A DNA stretch of 63,064 nucleotides, the filler included, from Octopus bimaculoides (lineage: Eukaryota): assembly GCF_001194135.2 (NCBI RefSeq). It is 6 parts of 5 records of this genome, joined end to end, with 100 filler letters (N's around TTAATTAATTAA, not from the genome) between each part and the next. Parts side by side here need not be neighbours in the genome. Positions count along the whole stretch, not along the records: positions 1 to 20,991 come from NC_068988.1; 5 more parts are not named here. The stretch is one strand, 5' to 3'. The notes below the pieces were generated by a model. The model had not been told where the DNA came from. It did not search any database and was given only the letters and a program-made list of their open reading frames with translations. Positions 1 to 12,815 of the stretch are shown piece after piece (position 1 is the first letter of the stretch; the number at the start of each line of letters is the position of its first letter). The translations under genes and the position numbers were made by a program.

Positions 1-71
<71 letters not shown>

Positions 72-250
72 CATATATATATATACACTTACATATATCA
101 TAGATAAATATATACATATATATACTTATATATAAGCATGCATATATATATGTATATATATCGTAAATACACGCGCACGTGTAATGAATTTCTTTAGAAT
201 TCATATAATTACATACACTCATACACGCACACAGACACAGACACATACAC

Positions 251-281
<31 letters not shown>

Positions 282-300
282 TATATATATATATATATAA
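1..300. repeat. (TA)n/(CA)n compound microsatellite, representative of dozens across the window
   Basis: Direct: pure (TA)n at 1-68 followed by mixed TA/CA runs. Most N-gaps in the window are bordered by such runs. Confidence 0.95.
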
Positions 301-763
301 AATACAAGAATAAGGGCAGGGAATCGTCAATTAATAATAGAATTAATAATTAACAATTTTGCCAAGTAGTTCAGTATGAAAAAACCCTTTATCGGTAAAA
401 GCATTTATCATCATAAATATACAGGGATTAGCATTGAGTTGCTTCTCCAACATACTGAAAATTTAGAAATAGCAGTCAAAGAACTACTGATTCTAAACTA
501 CANNNNNNNNNNNNNNNNNNNNNNNNNNNNNNNNNNNNNNNNNNNNNNNNNNNNNNNNNNNNNNNNNNNNNNNNNNNNNNNNNNNNNNNNNNNNNNNNNN
601 NNNNNNNNNNNNNNNNNNNNNNNNNNNNNNNNNNNNNNNNNNNNNNNNNNNNNNNNNNNNNNNNNNNNNNNNNNNNNNNNNNNNNNNNNNNNNNNNNNNN
701 NNNNNNNNNNNNNNNNNNNNNNNNNNNNNNNNNNNNNNNNNNNNNNNNNNNNNNNNNNNNNNN

Positions 764-797
<34 letters not shown>

Positions 798-1740
798 TGC
801 ATATATACGCATGTATGTGATGTATGTGTATATATGTGTATATATGTAATTACACACGTGTCTACAACATATATGTTTATATATATATATATATATATGT
901 ATGTACAGGCCAATGTATATACATATATATACATATATATACAAACATACACCTACGCTCATATCGTGAGCATGATTTGTCTTCTTGGACGTCTTCATTT
1001 TTTTACACTAATTTTGTATAACATTTTGTATGCTATTTTCTGTTTTTATTTTTACATTTACATGTTTATCCTCTGCTGTACTGTATGCCCCTATCGTAAA
1101 ATATACGGTGATGCTTTAGGTCGGAGACCCACATTTTTTGCAGCATTTCATCCATTTATTTGTTTATTTATTCATTTATTCATTTATATATTTATTTTAT
1201 TTCCATGTCTTTGTGTTTGGATACGATTTTTTTTCCCGTGGTTTTATTGTATTTTTATTTATATTTATATTTTTATATATATATTCTTTTATTATTATCT
1301 TTTTACCTTCTTCCACCGATATGCTATTCTTATCTGATGGGTATGCCACATCTATCACCGTATACATCCTGGTGTGTTTATTTGTCTTTGATGACATAGC
1401 CGGCAATTAGTTCTTATCTGCGCCCATCTACGTGCCATTTTATTTGGGCTTTTTTAGGGGAACTTTCTTTTCACTTTTGTTGTTATTGTTTTGTTTGCTC
1501 CTTTCTTTCTTTGATTGTTTTTCAAATCTCGCTAAAATGGTGTTAACCTTATTCTCTTTAATTATTATAGAAGTAATAACGTTGCAGATTGATGGAAATG
1601 AAGCGAAGAAAAAGCTAAGCACGAAATTTAAATGCATTAGGGCCCAGTGTTTCTTGTATGTGGATGTAAAGCTGTGTGGGTTGAAAAGGGGACAGAAGAA
1701 TTACCATGTTAAATTAAATTGAGTTAGTTTAAAACATGCT

Positions 1741-2403
1741 TTTAATTGCCAAACTTTCTTCTTACGGTAACCCATTACGATGTTGGCATTCGTCGTGGCA
1801 ACTTTAGTTCCCCTCCAAGTGCCTGATATTTGATTGTACGTTAAGTCATCGAATGACAAGTAATTATTTTCTAGTATGAAACTCAGACCTTCAATGATAA
1901 AGATGTTTTATCGCATTGATTCCATAATCATAGAAAATATTGGTACATAAATTAATATAGTCAAAAGAAACAACAATTATATTTATATTACAGATTGGTA
2001 AGTGATTAAATAAATCCGAATCATCTCGAACGAAACTCTATGTACTTTAAGAAAGGTTTTAGTTAGAAATTGTTCAGCCTGTGCATTTCACATGCTGCGC
2101 CTGCTATAATTGGTCTGAGTTTCAAATTGTCTTGAGATGGTATTTTGATATACTCGGCTTTAGACTTATACATGTGTCACTTATGTATAGCTTTTACTTT
2201 TGTGAATCTTGGATAGACTATAGAAATGGCTGATTTTTGCATCTGAAATTGTTTATATAGACAAATTCTTAAGGTGTCAAGCATTTGCGGTATTTATTCA
2301 ATAAGGCCAAAACATCTTCCAATTGCCGTTGATTGTTTATATTTGTCTATTTTTTCATAATACCTTTTATTTTCCAGCATATCCATGATAACAACAACAA
2401 TCT
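1741..2403 (-). mobile_element. Penelope-like element, decayed reverse transcriptase fragment
   Basis: Manual minus-strand translation across frameshifts and stops: VVVIMD ... FYSLSKIHKS ... KLRPIIAGAACEMHRLNNFL ... KPFLKYI..VRDD ... FIIEGLSFILENNYLSFDDLTYNQISGTWRGTKVATTNANIVMGY. This matches PLE RT motifs (YxLPKIHK, RPII, NNYFxF..YxQxxGTAMGTKxAPxYANLxMGY). Confidence 0.85.
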
Positions 2404-2415
2404 TTATATATATAT

Positions 2416-2500
<85 letters not shown>

Positions 2501-2502
<2 letters not shown>

Positions 2503-2785
2503 TGAGCGTAATGAGTCGGAAGAAATACCACATAGCATTCTCTCCGATGCTCTTAACAATCTTGCCAGCTCGACGCCTTTGGATAATCACATATAATTTT
2601 TTCTTGCTATAGATGCAAGGAGATGAAGTTAGTTGATTACGTCGACCCCAAGGTTTAACTGGTATTTATTTTATCAGCTCCCAAAGGATGAAAGGTAAAG
2701 TCGAGCTCAGTGGAATTTAAAGCCCGTAGAAATTCCACTTTATATTATTGACCGGCGTAATAACGATTCTACCAATTTGCCACCT
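2501..2785 (-). mobile_element. SINE family A fragments (two pieces: 2501-2579 and 2625-2785)
   Basis: Reverse complements of the family A head (aaggcgtcgagctggcaag...) and core (cctttcatcctttggg...accagttaaaccttggggtcgac), compared with the intact copy at 12816. Confidence 0.75.
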
Positions 2786-2804
2786 TTGTATATTAACATT
2801 TATT

Positions 2805-3550
2805 GATTTCAAATTCTGACACGATGTCAGCAATTTCGGAGAAAGTGTAAGTCGATCGCCATATTTTCCGGTCTATAAAACGCATCGGTATTTAAACAGC
2901 AGGGCTGAATTTTGGGGAAATTTTTTGTTTTATTTACACATAGAGCGCACCGGTGTTTAAAGCGCACTGATGTTTAAAAGACCTACAGAGCTATGGGTCC
3001 CTAGCTAGCTTTTTTGTTGTTGACGTATACGTAGTTTCAAAATGCCTTATTTTACAACAATGAGATATACTGTTATTGTTATGGTTTTATCTTACTATAA
3101 TCAAAAACAAACACATTTCGTCAATATAAAAATCTTTATTAGATAAAAAAAAATAACATTATCAAAACATGAAGGTAAAACAAAACAAATATGCTTTGTT
3201 TTCTTCCGGGCACCAATGTACGGTAGCAGAAGTCTTTCACGTTGTTCACCGACCGACCTTTCTTCTGAAAAATATCACTGGAATCAGTCGATCTCTATGC
3301 ATAAATTATTTCCTCCTGAAACTTATAAAAAAATACGTACATTAGGCGCACATTTCCATAATAAGCCGCACACTAAATCTCCCCGGTAAAAAATAGCGGC
3401 TCAAACACCGGAAAATACGGTACATCGACCCCAGTGCTCAACTGGTACTCGTTTTAAGTACCCCGAAAGAATAAAAATTGAAGTTGACTTCGGCGGGATT
3501 AGAACGTAGAACGTAAAATGGGAAGATACGCAGTTTAGTATTATTTTCCG
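2805..3550 (-). mobile_element. SINE family A copy split by a MITE
   Basis: The halves ...gtaagtcgat (to about 2856) and tacatcgaccccagtgctcaactggtac... (from 3421) rejoin into the family A core. Confidence 0.7.
2859..3420. mobile_element. pogo/Tigger-type non-autonomous DNA transposon (MITE)
   Basis: Imperfect TIRs ccatattttccggtctataaaacgca / gcggctcaaacaccggaaaatacgg, with TA at the right junction. Confidence 0.75.
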
Positions 3551-3719
3551 CCTTTGTGTATTAACATATATTAAGCTAGGATTTCAGCTGGTATTTCTAG
3601 CCGAGTAAGCGACGACATAGCAGCTTCCCTCGTGAGTTCGTGTTTCAAAGAACCTTTCTGTTGAGACGTTTATTTGTGGAGTGTCTGCCAGGGAATTCCA
3701 GAAGTATCATGATTACTCT

Positions 3720-3865
3720 CTGTTTTACTTCCACCCCACCCCTACATCCCTCAAAGACCCCCTATTATGACATGTACAAGCTTTGTTTTCATCGCTCACA
3801 TTTCTCGTTATCTCTCTTTGCACGTCTCTTCATTTACGAAGGTTTTCAATCTCCTTCATAGATAC
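3720..3865 (+). mobile_element. Possible very decayed Penelope-like RT fragment
   Basis: Frameshifted LFYFHP...IPQRPPI...ISRYL...SPS*IR resembles FYxLPKIHK..RPIVS...ISKYL...LPSYIRD. Weak. Confidence 0.3.
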
Positions 3866-4000
3866 GTTTCTTATCTGATGAGAATGTCACACGGGTCAGT
3901 ATTATACTCTGCGTGTATACATATATATATATATACATATATANNNNNNNNNNNNNNNNNNNNNNNNNNNNNNNNNNNNNNNNNNNNNNNNNNNNNNNNN

Positions 4001-4035
<35 letters not shown>

Positions 4036-4348
4036 TATATTTTTTACTGTTGACTACAATGTCTAGCGGGCAGCCTTTATTTTCCTCTGATTTGGTTCCT
4101 GAGTGATTGTTTGTGTGTTTGTGTGTATATATGCGTTATATATATATATACATCCATGCATATGTATACAAGCATGCATACATACATACATATATATATA
4201 CACACACATACATACACAGCGCTACCACCATTACCGCCACCACCAAGTAATTGTATACAAGAGATAGATAGCAAGAAACGTGGACAACGAAAACAGACTA
4301 TATACCTATATAAATACATATATACATATACATACACACACACACACA

Positions 4349-4391
<43 letters not shown>

Positions 4392-4411
4392 CTATTTATC
4401 TATACTTTCTT

Positions 4412-4448
<37 letters not shown>

Positions 4449-5227
4449 CTCTCNNNNNNNNNNNNNNNNNNNNNNNNNNNNNNNNNNNNNNNNNNNNNNN
4501 NNNNNNNNNNNNNNNNNNNNNNNNNNNNNNNNNNNNNNNNNNNNNNNNNNNNNNNNNNNNNNNNNNNNNNNNNNNNNNNNNNNNNNNNNNNNNNNNNNNN
4601 NNNNNNNNNNNNNNNNNNNNNNNNNNNNNNNNNNNNNNNNNNNNNNNNNNNNNNNNNNNNNNNNNNNNNNNNNNNNNNNNNNNNNNNNNNNNNNNNNNNN
4701 NNNNNNNNNNNNNNNNNNNNNNNNNNNNNNNNNNNNNNNNNNNNNNNNNNNNNNNNNNNNNNNNNNNNNNNNNNNNNNNNNNNNNNNNNNNNNNNNNNNN
4801 NNNNNNNNNNNNNNNNNNNNNNNNNNNNNNNNNNNNNNNNNNNNNNNNNNNNNNNNNNNNNNNNNNNNNNNNNNNNNNNNNNNNNNNNNNNNNNNNNNNN
4901 NNNNNNNNNNNNNNNNNNNNNNNNNNNNNNNNNNNNNNNNNNNNNNNNNNNNNNNNNNNNNNNNNNNNNNNNNNNNNNNNNNNNNNNNNNNNNNNNNNNN
5001 NNNNNNNNNNNNNNNNNNNNNNNNNNNNNNNNNNNNNNNNNNNNNNNNNNNNNNNNNNNNNNNNNNNNNNNNNNNNNNNNNNNNNNNNNNNNNNNNNNNN
5101 NNNNNNNNNNNNNNNNNNNNNNNNNNNNNNNNNCTGATGAAGGCTGGAGGGTACATCAGCCGAAATGTGTTCACAGCAAACAAAATGAGGACAAATATCC
5201 GTCAAATGTAAATAATGTATATATATA

Positions 5228-5282
<55 letters not shown>

Positions 5283-6008
5283 TTAAAGGTTTTTGCAACG
5301 CGAATTACACCGGCCAAACAGGATCAAACTTAATACACCCATGAGAGTATATAAACAACAAGTTAGCGGTTCAGAAGTTTATTTCTTAGAAATGTTTCAT
5401 GTAGTGAACATCTAGACGTTTGTGCAAATGGGAAATTCAAATATTTCCTCTTTTCTTTCTCTTGAAAATAATATGGTGGTGGGTGAGTGGGTGGAATGAT
5501 CAACTAAGAAAGGCAAAAGAAATCTAAATTATAAGAAACCTAAATACGAAACTACACTGGAAACAACGAAGACCACAACAAAAAATAACCGATTATTCCC
5601 ATAACACATCTGTTTGAGAAATTTAACATGCTTACACACACTACAGGGAAACTTCATTCCAAAAGGATTGAGTCACTGTTTTCTAAAATTTTTACATCTA
5701 CATATATATTTTTTTATTATTCCTAGTCAATTACAGCATATTTGATTAAAACTTATCCAATGCTATATTTATCTGTAGAAATAATTAAAATATAAGCCGA
5801 TGTATTAATCTCCATATTCATTGCTACTTTATTGGATATACACTCGGTTAACTATTCATAATCCAACGAAGCCAACACAGGATTTACCCATCGGATAAAA
5901 CAGGAGGACTGCTTACCTCAAGTAATCTTATCTACAACTCGATGCGGTTAGCCTTAACCTGGATTATAACAAAGTACTTGAATGGTAACCGTCTGAATAT
6001 CATATATA

Positions 6009-6231
6009 CAATAATCCCTCGTTTTTTGTGGGTTTTATGTTCCAAAACCCCCCGCGATAGGTGAAAATCAGCGAAGTAGAAACAGTACTGTACTGTATAT
6101 TTTTTATTATTATTTTTATAATTTGTGTAGTTTTATTTTATTATAAATGCAAAACAACATCACGGAAGAATCGACGTAAGCTTAAATAACAAACCGCGAT
6201 AGGTGAACCGCGATATAGCGATGTATTACTG
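6009..6231. mobile_element. Tigger/pogo-like MITE, 223 bp, TA target-site duplication
   Basis: TA|caataatccctcg ... cgatgtattactg|TA, with repeated ccgcgataggtgaa subterminal motifs. Confidence 0.8.
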
Positions 6232-6246
6232 TATGTNNNNNNNNNN

Positions 6247-7200
6247 ACGCGACAATTTTGCGGCCGACCATTCAGCGCATAGACAGTTCAGTGCAGGGCA
6301 TCCTATTGAACTTAGGTAAAGGTTATTTCAGTGATGAAAAAAAAAAAAATGAAGGGGGGAAAATTTCAATTACTTATTTAAAAACATGTAAAGATACAAA
6401 AAATACAAAAAAGAATAAAAGATGCTAAATTATATTCTTTGAACCAGTTGTTAGCTAGTTAAATTTTCATTGGAGATTCAAAAGATGTAGTTATCGTTTC
6501 GTATGGATGTGTGTATATGTGTTTGTGTTTTTTTGCTGGTGTTTGTTTCATGTATATGTATGCATTCTGTTTGAAGGTTTCATGTGCATGTGTTTTAGAT
6601 ATACAACTAACACCAATATAATGTAATAATAAATTACATATATTAAATGCGCTGAATTGTCTATACATTAAAATTGTCAATGCGTTGAATTGTCGGCGCT
6701 GAATTGTCTATGCGTTTAATTGTCGGCGCTGAATTGTCTGGGCACTGAATTGTCTATGCGCTGAATTGTCTATGCGCTGAATTGTTTATGCGCTGAATTG
6801 TCTATGCGTTTAATTGTCGGCGCTGAATTGTCTGGGCACTGAATTGTCTATGCGTTTAATTGTCGGCGCTGAATTGTCTGTGCACTGAATTGTCTGTGCA
6901 CTGAATTGTCTGTGCACTGAATTGTCTATGCACTGAATTGTCTATGCGCTGAATTGTCGGCACTGAATTGTCTATGCGCTGAATTGTCTATGCGCTGAAT
7001 TGTCGGCGCTGAATTGTCTGTGCACTGAATTGTCTGTGCACTGAATTGTCTGTGCACTGAACTGTCTATGCACTGAATTGTCTATGCGCTGAATTGTCAG
7101 CACTGAATTGTCTGTGCACTGAATTGTCTGGGCGCTGAATTGTCTATGAACTGAATTGTCTAAGCATTGAATTGTCTATGCGCTGAATTGTCGGTACTCC
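6247..7200. mobile_element. Foldback/MULE-like element with inverted arms made of tandem subrepeats
   Basis: The right arm (6649-7200) is a gc(g/a)ctgaattgtc minisatellite. 6247-6294 (gacaattttgcggccgaccattcagcgcatagacagttcagtgc) is the reverse complement of the same units and borders a 10-N gap. Confidence 0.6.
6649..7200 (+). repeat. Minisatellite of about 35 units of 14 or 16 bp (core gcRctgaattgtc + g/tat/tgt/tgg)
   Basis: Direct: the array runs from gcgctgaattgtctat at 6649 to gaattgtcggtactcc at 7200. Confidence 0.95.
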
Positions 7201-7503
7201 ATATATATATATATTTATACATACTCACACACATAGATGCATATATGTTATGTGTGTATTACATGAGTTATCTATGGGCGGTGAAGGACTTTGACAAATC
7301 AATTAATAATCTTTTTTTTTTTTTAAATGTCAAAACCAGTCCTTCTCTTTATTACCAGAAAGACCTTCAGAAGATTCAACAATATCTGTTTCAACGTATA
7401 GGATCGTATCAAGAATATGGAGAAACCAATACAAATAGCATGCACATACACACACGCTAATATATACATATGTATATATATGTATATATATACATACATG
7501 TGC

Positions 7504-7534
<31 letters not shown>

Positions 7535-8579
7535 NNNNNNNNNNNNNNNNNNNNNNNNNNNNNNNNNNNNNNNNNNNNNNNNNNNNNNNNNNNNNNNNNN
7601 NNNNNNNNNNNNNNNNNNNNNNNNNNNNNNNNNNNNNNNNNNNNNNNNNNNNNNNNNNNNNNNNNNNNNNNNNNNNNNNNNNNNNNNNNNNNNNNNNNNN
7701 NNNNNNNNNNNNNNNNNNNNNNNNNNNNNNNNNNNNNNNNNNNNNNNNNNNNNNNNNNNNNNNNNNNNNNNNNNNNNNNNNNNNNNNNNNNNNNNNNNNN
7801 NNNNNNNNNNNNNNNNNNNNNNNNNNNNNNNNNNNNNNNNNNNNNNNNNNNNNNNNNNNNNNNNNNNNNNNNNNNNNNNNNNNNNNNNNNNNNNNNNNNN
7901 NNNNNNNNNNNNNNNNNNNNNNNNNNNNNNNNNNNNNNNNNNNNNNNNNNNNNNNNNNNNNNNNNNNNNNNNNNNNNNNNNNNNNNNNNNNNNNNNNNNN
8001 NNNNNNNNNNNNNNNNNNNNNNNNNNNNNNNNNNNNNNNNNNNNNNNNNNNNNNNNNNNNNNNNNNNNNNNNNNNNNNNNNNNNNNNNNNNNNNNNNNNN
8101 NNNNNNNNNNNNNNNNNNNNNNNNNNNNNNNNNNNNNNNNNNNNNNNNNNNNNNNNNTATATATATATATATATATATATGCATATATATGTATATATAC
8201 ACACATATATATATATATATATGTATATATATTGCAGATTAACGTATGTGCCTCTCTGTGTGCGTGTGTGTGTATGTGTGTTTTGGTTATACGTATGAAT
8301 GTAAACGGGTATATTTTTTGCCGAAACTGGGTGTAAATGTAAGAATGTTTGAGTTCATACGAGTGCAAGTACGTGTCTGTGCACATATAAGACATATGTG
8401 AGGACGTCAAGAAATGTGCGTATATTTATTCGTTAGTGTGTGTGTGTGTGTGTGTNNNNNNNNNNTATATACACACGTACACATATTTATGTATGTATGT
8501 ATGTATCTATATATGTATACAGGTATGTACCCATATGTTTCTACATGTAGTTATGTATGTGTTTACGTGTCTCTCTCTA

Positions 8580-8658
<79 letters not shown>

Positions 8659-8794
8659 NNNNNNNNNNNNNNNNNNNNNNNNNNNNNNNNNNNNNNNNNN
8701 NNNNNNNNNNNNNNNNNNNNNNNNNNNNNNNNNNNNNNNNNNNNNNNNNNNNNNNNNNNNNNNNNNNNNNNNNNNNNNNNNNNNNNNNNNNNNN

Positions 8795-8838
<44 letters not shown>

Positions 8839-9109
8839 TACATATACATACATGTACACATAGATAGATATACATATACTCACGTACATACATTTACATA
8901 CACGTGTTTGTCTATGTATGTGTGTGTAAATGTAAATTTGTGTATAAATAGTTTTACGTACATATACTTACTTATATAATACATATCTACATGCGTAGAT
9001 AAGTGTACAAATAGCTATCTCAGTACTATAAGTGTTTGAGAATGCTATTAACCGAGAGTACATGCAGGGGTAAGTGTACGTATGCGATTAAAGGCGGGGC
9101 TGTTGAAGA

Positions 9110-9247
9110 CTTAGGTGTCTAAGCCTACGACTGAGTGCCCCGTGTGATAAATGGCTAATGCTTAGCGACCCACATTTTTCAATGAGGCAGCGTGTGATAA
9201 ATGCGTGATACTGACGAGTAGTCAGTGCCAGTGACCATGTGATAAAT
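9110..9247. promoter_or_regulatory. Possible cis-regulatory cassette: 3x TGTGATAAAT (GATA-site core) interleaved with 5-bp inverted repeats
   Basis: TGTGATAAAT at 9143, 9193 and 9238. Palindromes CTTAG-gtgt-CTAAG, GCTAA-tgc-TTAGC and CTGAC-gagta-GTCAG. Function is inference only. Confidence 0.25.
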
Positions 9248-9359
9248 TGGTTTAGGTTAAAGTTTGTAATTATAGAAGAATGTAATAAATAACGTGTGTG
9301 TGTGTGTGTGTGTGTGTGCTTTAAATATGAAATTTTGCATTCGTGAAATAAATAAATAA

Positions 9360-9407
<48 letters not shown>

Positions 9408-9620
9408 CAATTACATATGTGTGTATACATATATAAACATTATATTCTAGTATATATTTTAACATGCTTATCTCTATACATGCATACACACACATGCATG
9501 ATACACGCACATGCGTGAATATATATATATATACATACATATTTATATGTATGCATGTACATTTATATATATGTATGTATATATATGTATATATATATAT
9601 ACACACGTATATTTATATGT

Positions 9621-9664
<44 letters not shown>

Positions 9665-9884
9665 ATGTATTATTTTATACACACACATTTGCATATGCAT
9701 GGGCATATGCTAATGAAAATATGCATGCTTGCATATGTAGCTATGTTCATACGTATATATGTGCGTGTATTTGTGTATGTATATATGTATGTGTATTTAT
9801 ATTAATAGGATAACAATGTAAGTGTTTACCAATACATATGCAAATATAGAAATATATATACATATGTATACACGAATGATAGAC

Positions 9885-10440
9885 AGATATCTATGTGGAT
9901 TAAGAACAACCCAAGGAAAACACTACTCCGCTCTAGAAGTAATTCAACCAACTGAAAGATAGAAGAAGGTTCTGCAGACTTTGCAAGGCATGGCTTTCAG
10001 TCAGCTGCTCCAAGCCGTAATAGCTTAAAGTGGTGTAATTTATGCTTGGCTGAGAAGTACCATAGAAGCCACTCCCACGCCATGAAGAACAGAGAGACAG
10101 AATTATTGTCGGCTTGCAGGCACAGTATGATATTTGTGCTGCACAGTAAATGGGTTTATGATCGAGCCTGTAGCAGTGGAGACCTCCGGCGTTCTCGGCC
10201 TTCAGACCACATTCATGCTCAGCGATATCGGGGTAGAGATGTGTTTGTGTGTGTGTTAGATCGGTTACTCTTCAGCGCTATTGCTAACATGGCACCCTGT
10301 TGCACGGTCGTGTCGTCGACGACTAAACTGGAATCCCCACAACGCTTCCTTAATGAAGAAGGTGTCTTCTGGATAGCCTGAGGTACAAAAATCAAGACTC
10401 CTCAAAAGGTGGAGGAACTCATGAAAGTCAACGACCACCC
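9885..10440 (+). mobile_element. Penelope-like element 3' part: GIY-YIG endonuclease C-terminus plus probable downstream non-coding part
   Basis: AAPSRNSLKWCNLCLAEKYH....KNRETELLSACRHSMIFVL (about 10005-10140) matches the PLE terminal motif CNLCLxEK...LNxRxELxSxCRH..KF. Confidence 0.8.
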
Positions 10441-10637
10441 TTACCTACATATACATTGTACAACATTGTGGAAACGTGCGTAGCAATGCATTAAATGTTT
10501 ATACATTCCATCTAAGGATTATTGTTATTATTACTATATATGTGTGAGTGTGTGTGTGTCTGTGTCTGTTTGTCTGTGGGTGTCTGTGTGTGTGTGTATA
10601 CGTATGTATATGTAATAATATGCTTGTGTGTGTGTGT

Positions 10638-10679
<42 letters not shown>

Positions 10680-11923
10680 ATGTGTGCGTCTCTGTGCGTG
10701 CGTGTGTGTGTGGGGGGTATCTGTTTGTGCCCTAGGCTTCGCGGGTGACATACATCTAACAGACATGGAATGTCGCGTAGAAACTGAAAAAATGCACGAA
10801 TTGGTGCAGAAAACATAAAAACACTTTTTGATGTTGGCAAGCTGCACCTACTTACAAAGGAACATAACTGAATAAACAGCAAAATCTTTGGAATCGCAGA
10901 AAATTGATGGTTAGGCAGCAGTCATGTCACAGTTCTTGGCGGTTCGCACTCTGTCAACTATTCGGAACCAAAAGAACGAGAAGCAATAGAAGTTGCAGTC
11001 ATACTAGACAAGGAAATGAAAAATCTGTTATGGAATACAACCCAGTGAGAGGATTAGCATTAAACGAAATGTAAAGTCGCAGCCAACATTTAGTCATTCC
11101 CTTCTAGTCATTCTCCATTCAGGTTTTGCAATCTCATTTACTTTTCTCTCAATAGTATCCTCTTTCAATTTTCGGTTTTTTCTCTCACCATTTTTTTTTC
11201 TCCGTATATTTATTCGCGAATCCTCCTTGCACCAAGTTTTAACGCCCAATCAGCTTCTCTCTCTCTCTCTCTCTCTCTATNNNNNNNNNNNNNNNNNNNN
11301 NNNNNNNNNNNNNNNNNNNNNNNNNNNNNNNNNNNNNNNNNNNNNNNNNNNNNNNNNNNNNNNNNNNNNNNNNNNNNNNNNNNNNNNNNNNNNNNNNNNN
11401 NNNNNNNNNNNNNNNNNNNNNNNNNNNNNNNNNNNNNNNNNNNNNNNNNNNNNNNNNNNNNNNNNNNNNNNNNNNNNNNNNNNNNNNNNNNNNNNNNNNN
11501 NNNNNNNNNNNNNNNNNNNNNNNNNNNNNNNNNNNNNNNNNNNNNNNNNNNNNNNNNNNNNNNNNNNNNNNNNNNNNNNNNNNNNNNNNNNNNNNNNNNN
11601 NNNNNNNNNNNNNNNNNNNNNNNNNNNNNNNNNNNNNNNNNNNNNNNNNNNNNNNNNNNNNNNNNNNNNNNNNNNNNNNNNNNNNNNNNNNNNNNNNNNN
11701 NNNNNNNNNNNNNNNNNNNNNNNNNNNNNNNNNNNNNNNNNNNNNNNNNNNNNNNNNNNNNNNNNNNNNNNNNNNNNNNNNNNNNNNNNNNNNNNNNNNN
11801 NNNNNNNNNNNNNNNNNNNNNNNNNNNNNNNNNNNNNNNNNNNNNNNNNNNNNNNNNNNNNNNNNNNNNNNNNNNNNNNNNNNNNNNNNNNNNNNNNNNN
11901 NNNNNNNNNNNNNNNNNNNNNNN

Positions 11924-11970
<47 letters not shown>

Positions 11971-12815
11971 TGTACATGAGAAATAGAAAATGGAATTCAC
12001 GAAACTCTTTACTCTGAACCATTTACGATCGTTTCGACTCATCATGCACCCGCACCTTACAAGTGAGATGGTGTACAATTAATTGTCATGCAGTATAGGT
12101 GCAGATGCATGTCTTCATGTGACTTTACAAAAAGTATCTCCATACTGTTGTTGACATTAGGTAACCAAATACTGTGAACGGGCTTTAATCAACATACTAC
12201 AAGGTGTATACTCGAACATAAAATTATCACATGTAATGTGTATGTGTATGCGTGTATGTATATATATATAGCTATATGTATATACACATACATAGACGCA
12301 TCTACATTTATATTTATAAATGTACCTGTATATATAAATGCATTACTATCTCTTTGATCATTTTCTCTCTTTCTCCTACCAATTTTTAATATACTGTCCG
12401 TGTTTATTTCACGAATATTGCTCAATCTTACGAGATCCAGTTCATACTTACTCTGCCTCAGTATAGTTCCGACGAATCAGAGATAATTACATCATCTTTC
12501 ATTACCGAATGAACACACAGCAATATTCAGTGATTCAATTCCCTATAAATAGGATCCTCTTTTCAGATAATCGACTTCGAAGATTTTACTTTGTACATTT
12601 CTATGCCCATTGGTATTCAATCAGAAACAGACAAGACCAGCATAAAAGCAAAAGCCGTAATAGGATAAAGCGATCCCATATTGGAAAAGTGGTTAATATT
12701 GATTACAAGAAGAAATGATATTGCTGAATACGAAATAATATAAAGTGATATAAATTATTCAAAATTCATGAAATGACATGATGAAAATTTACTGTGTATA
12801 ATTTGAATAGAACAG

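Noticed and set aside
6649-7200. Regular repeat array superficially like CRISPR
   Set aside because: No unique spacers, units abut directly, eukaryotic context and no cas genes.
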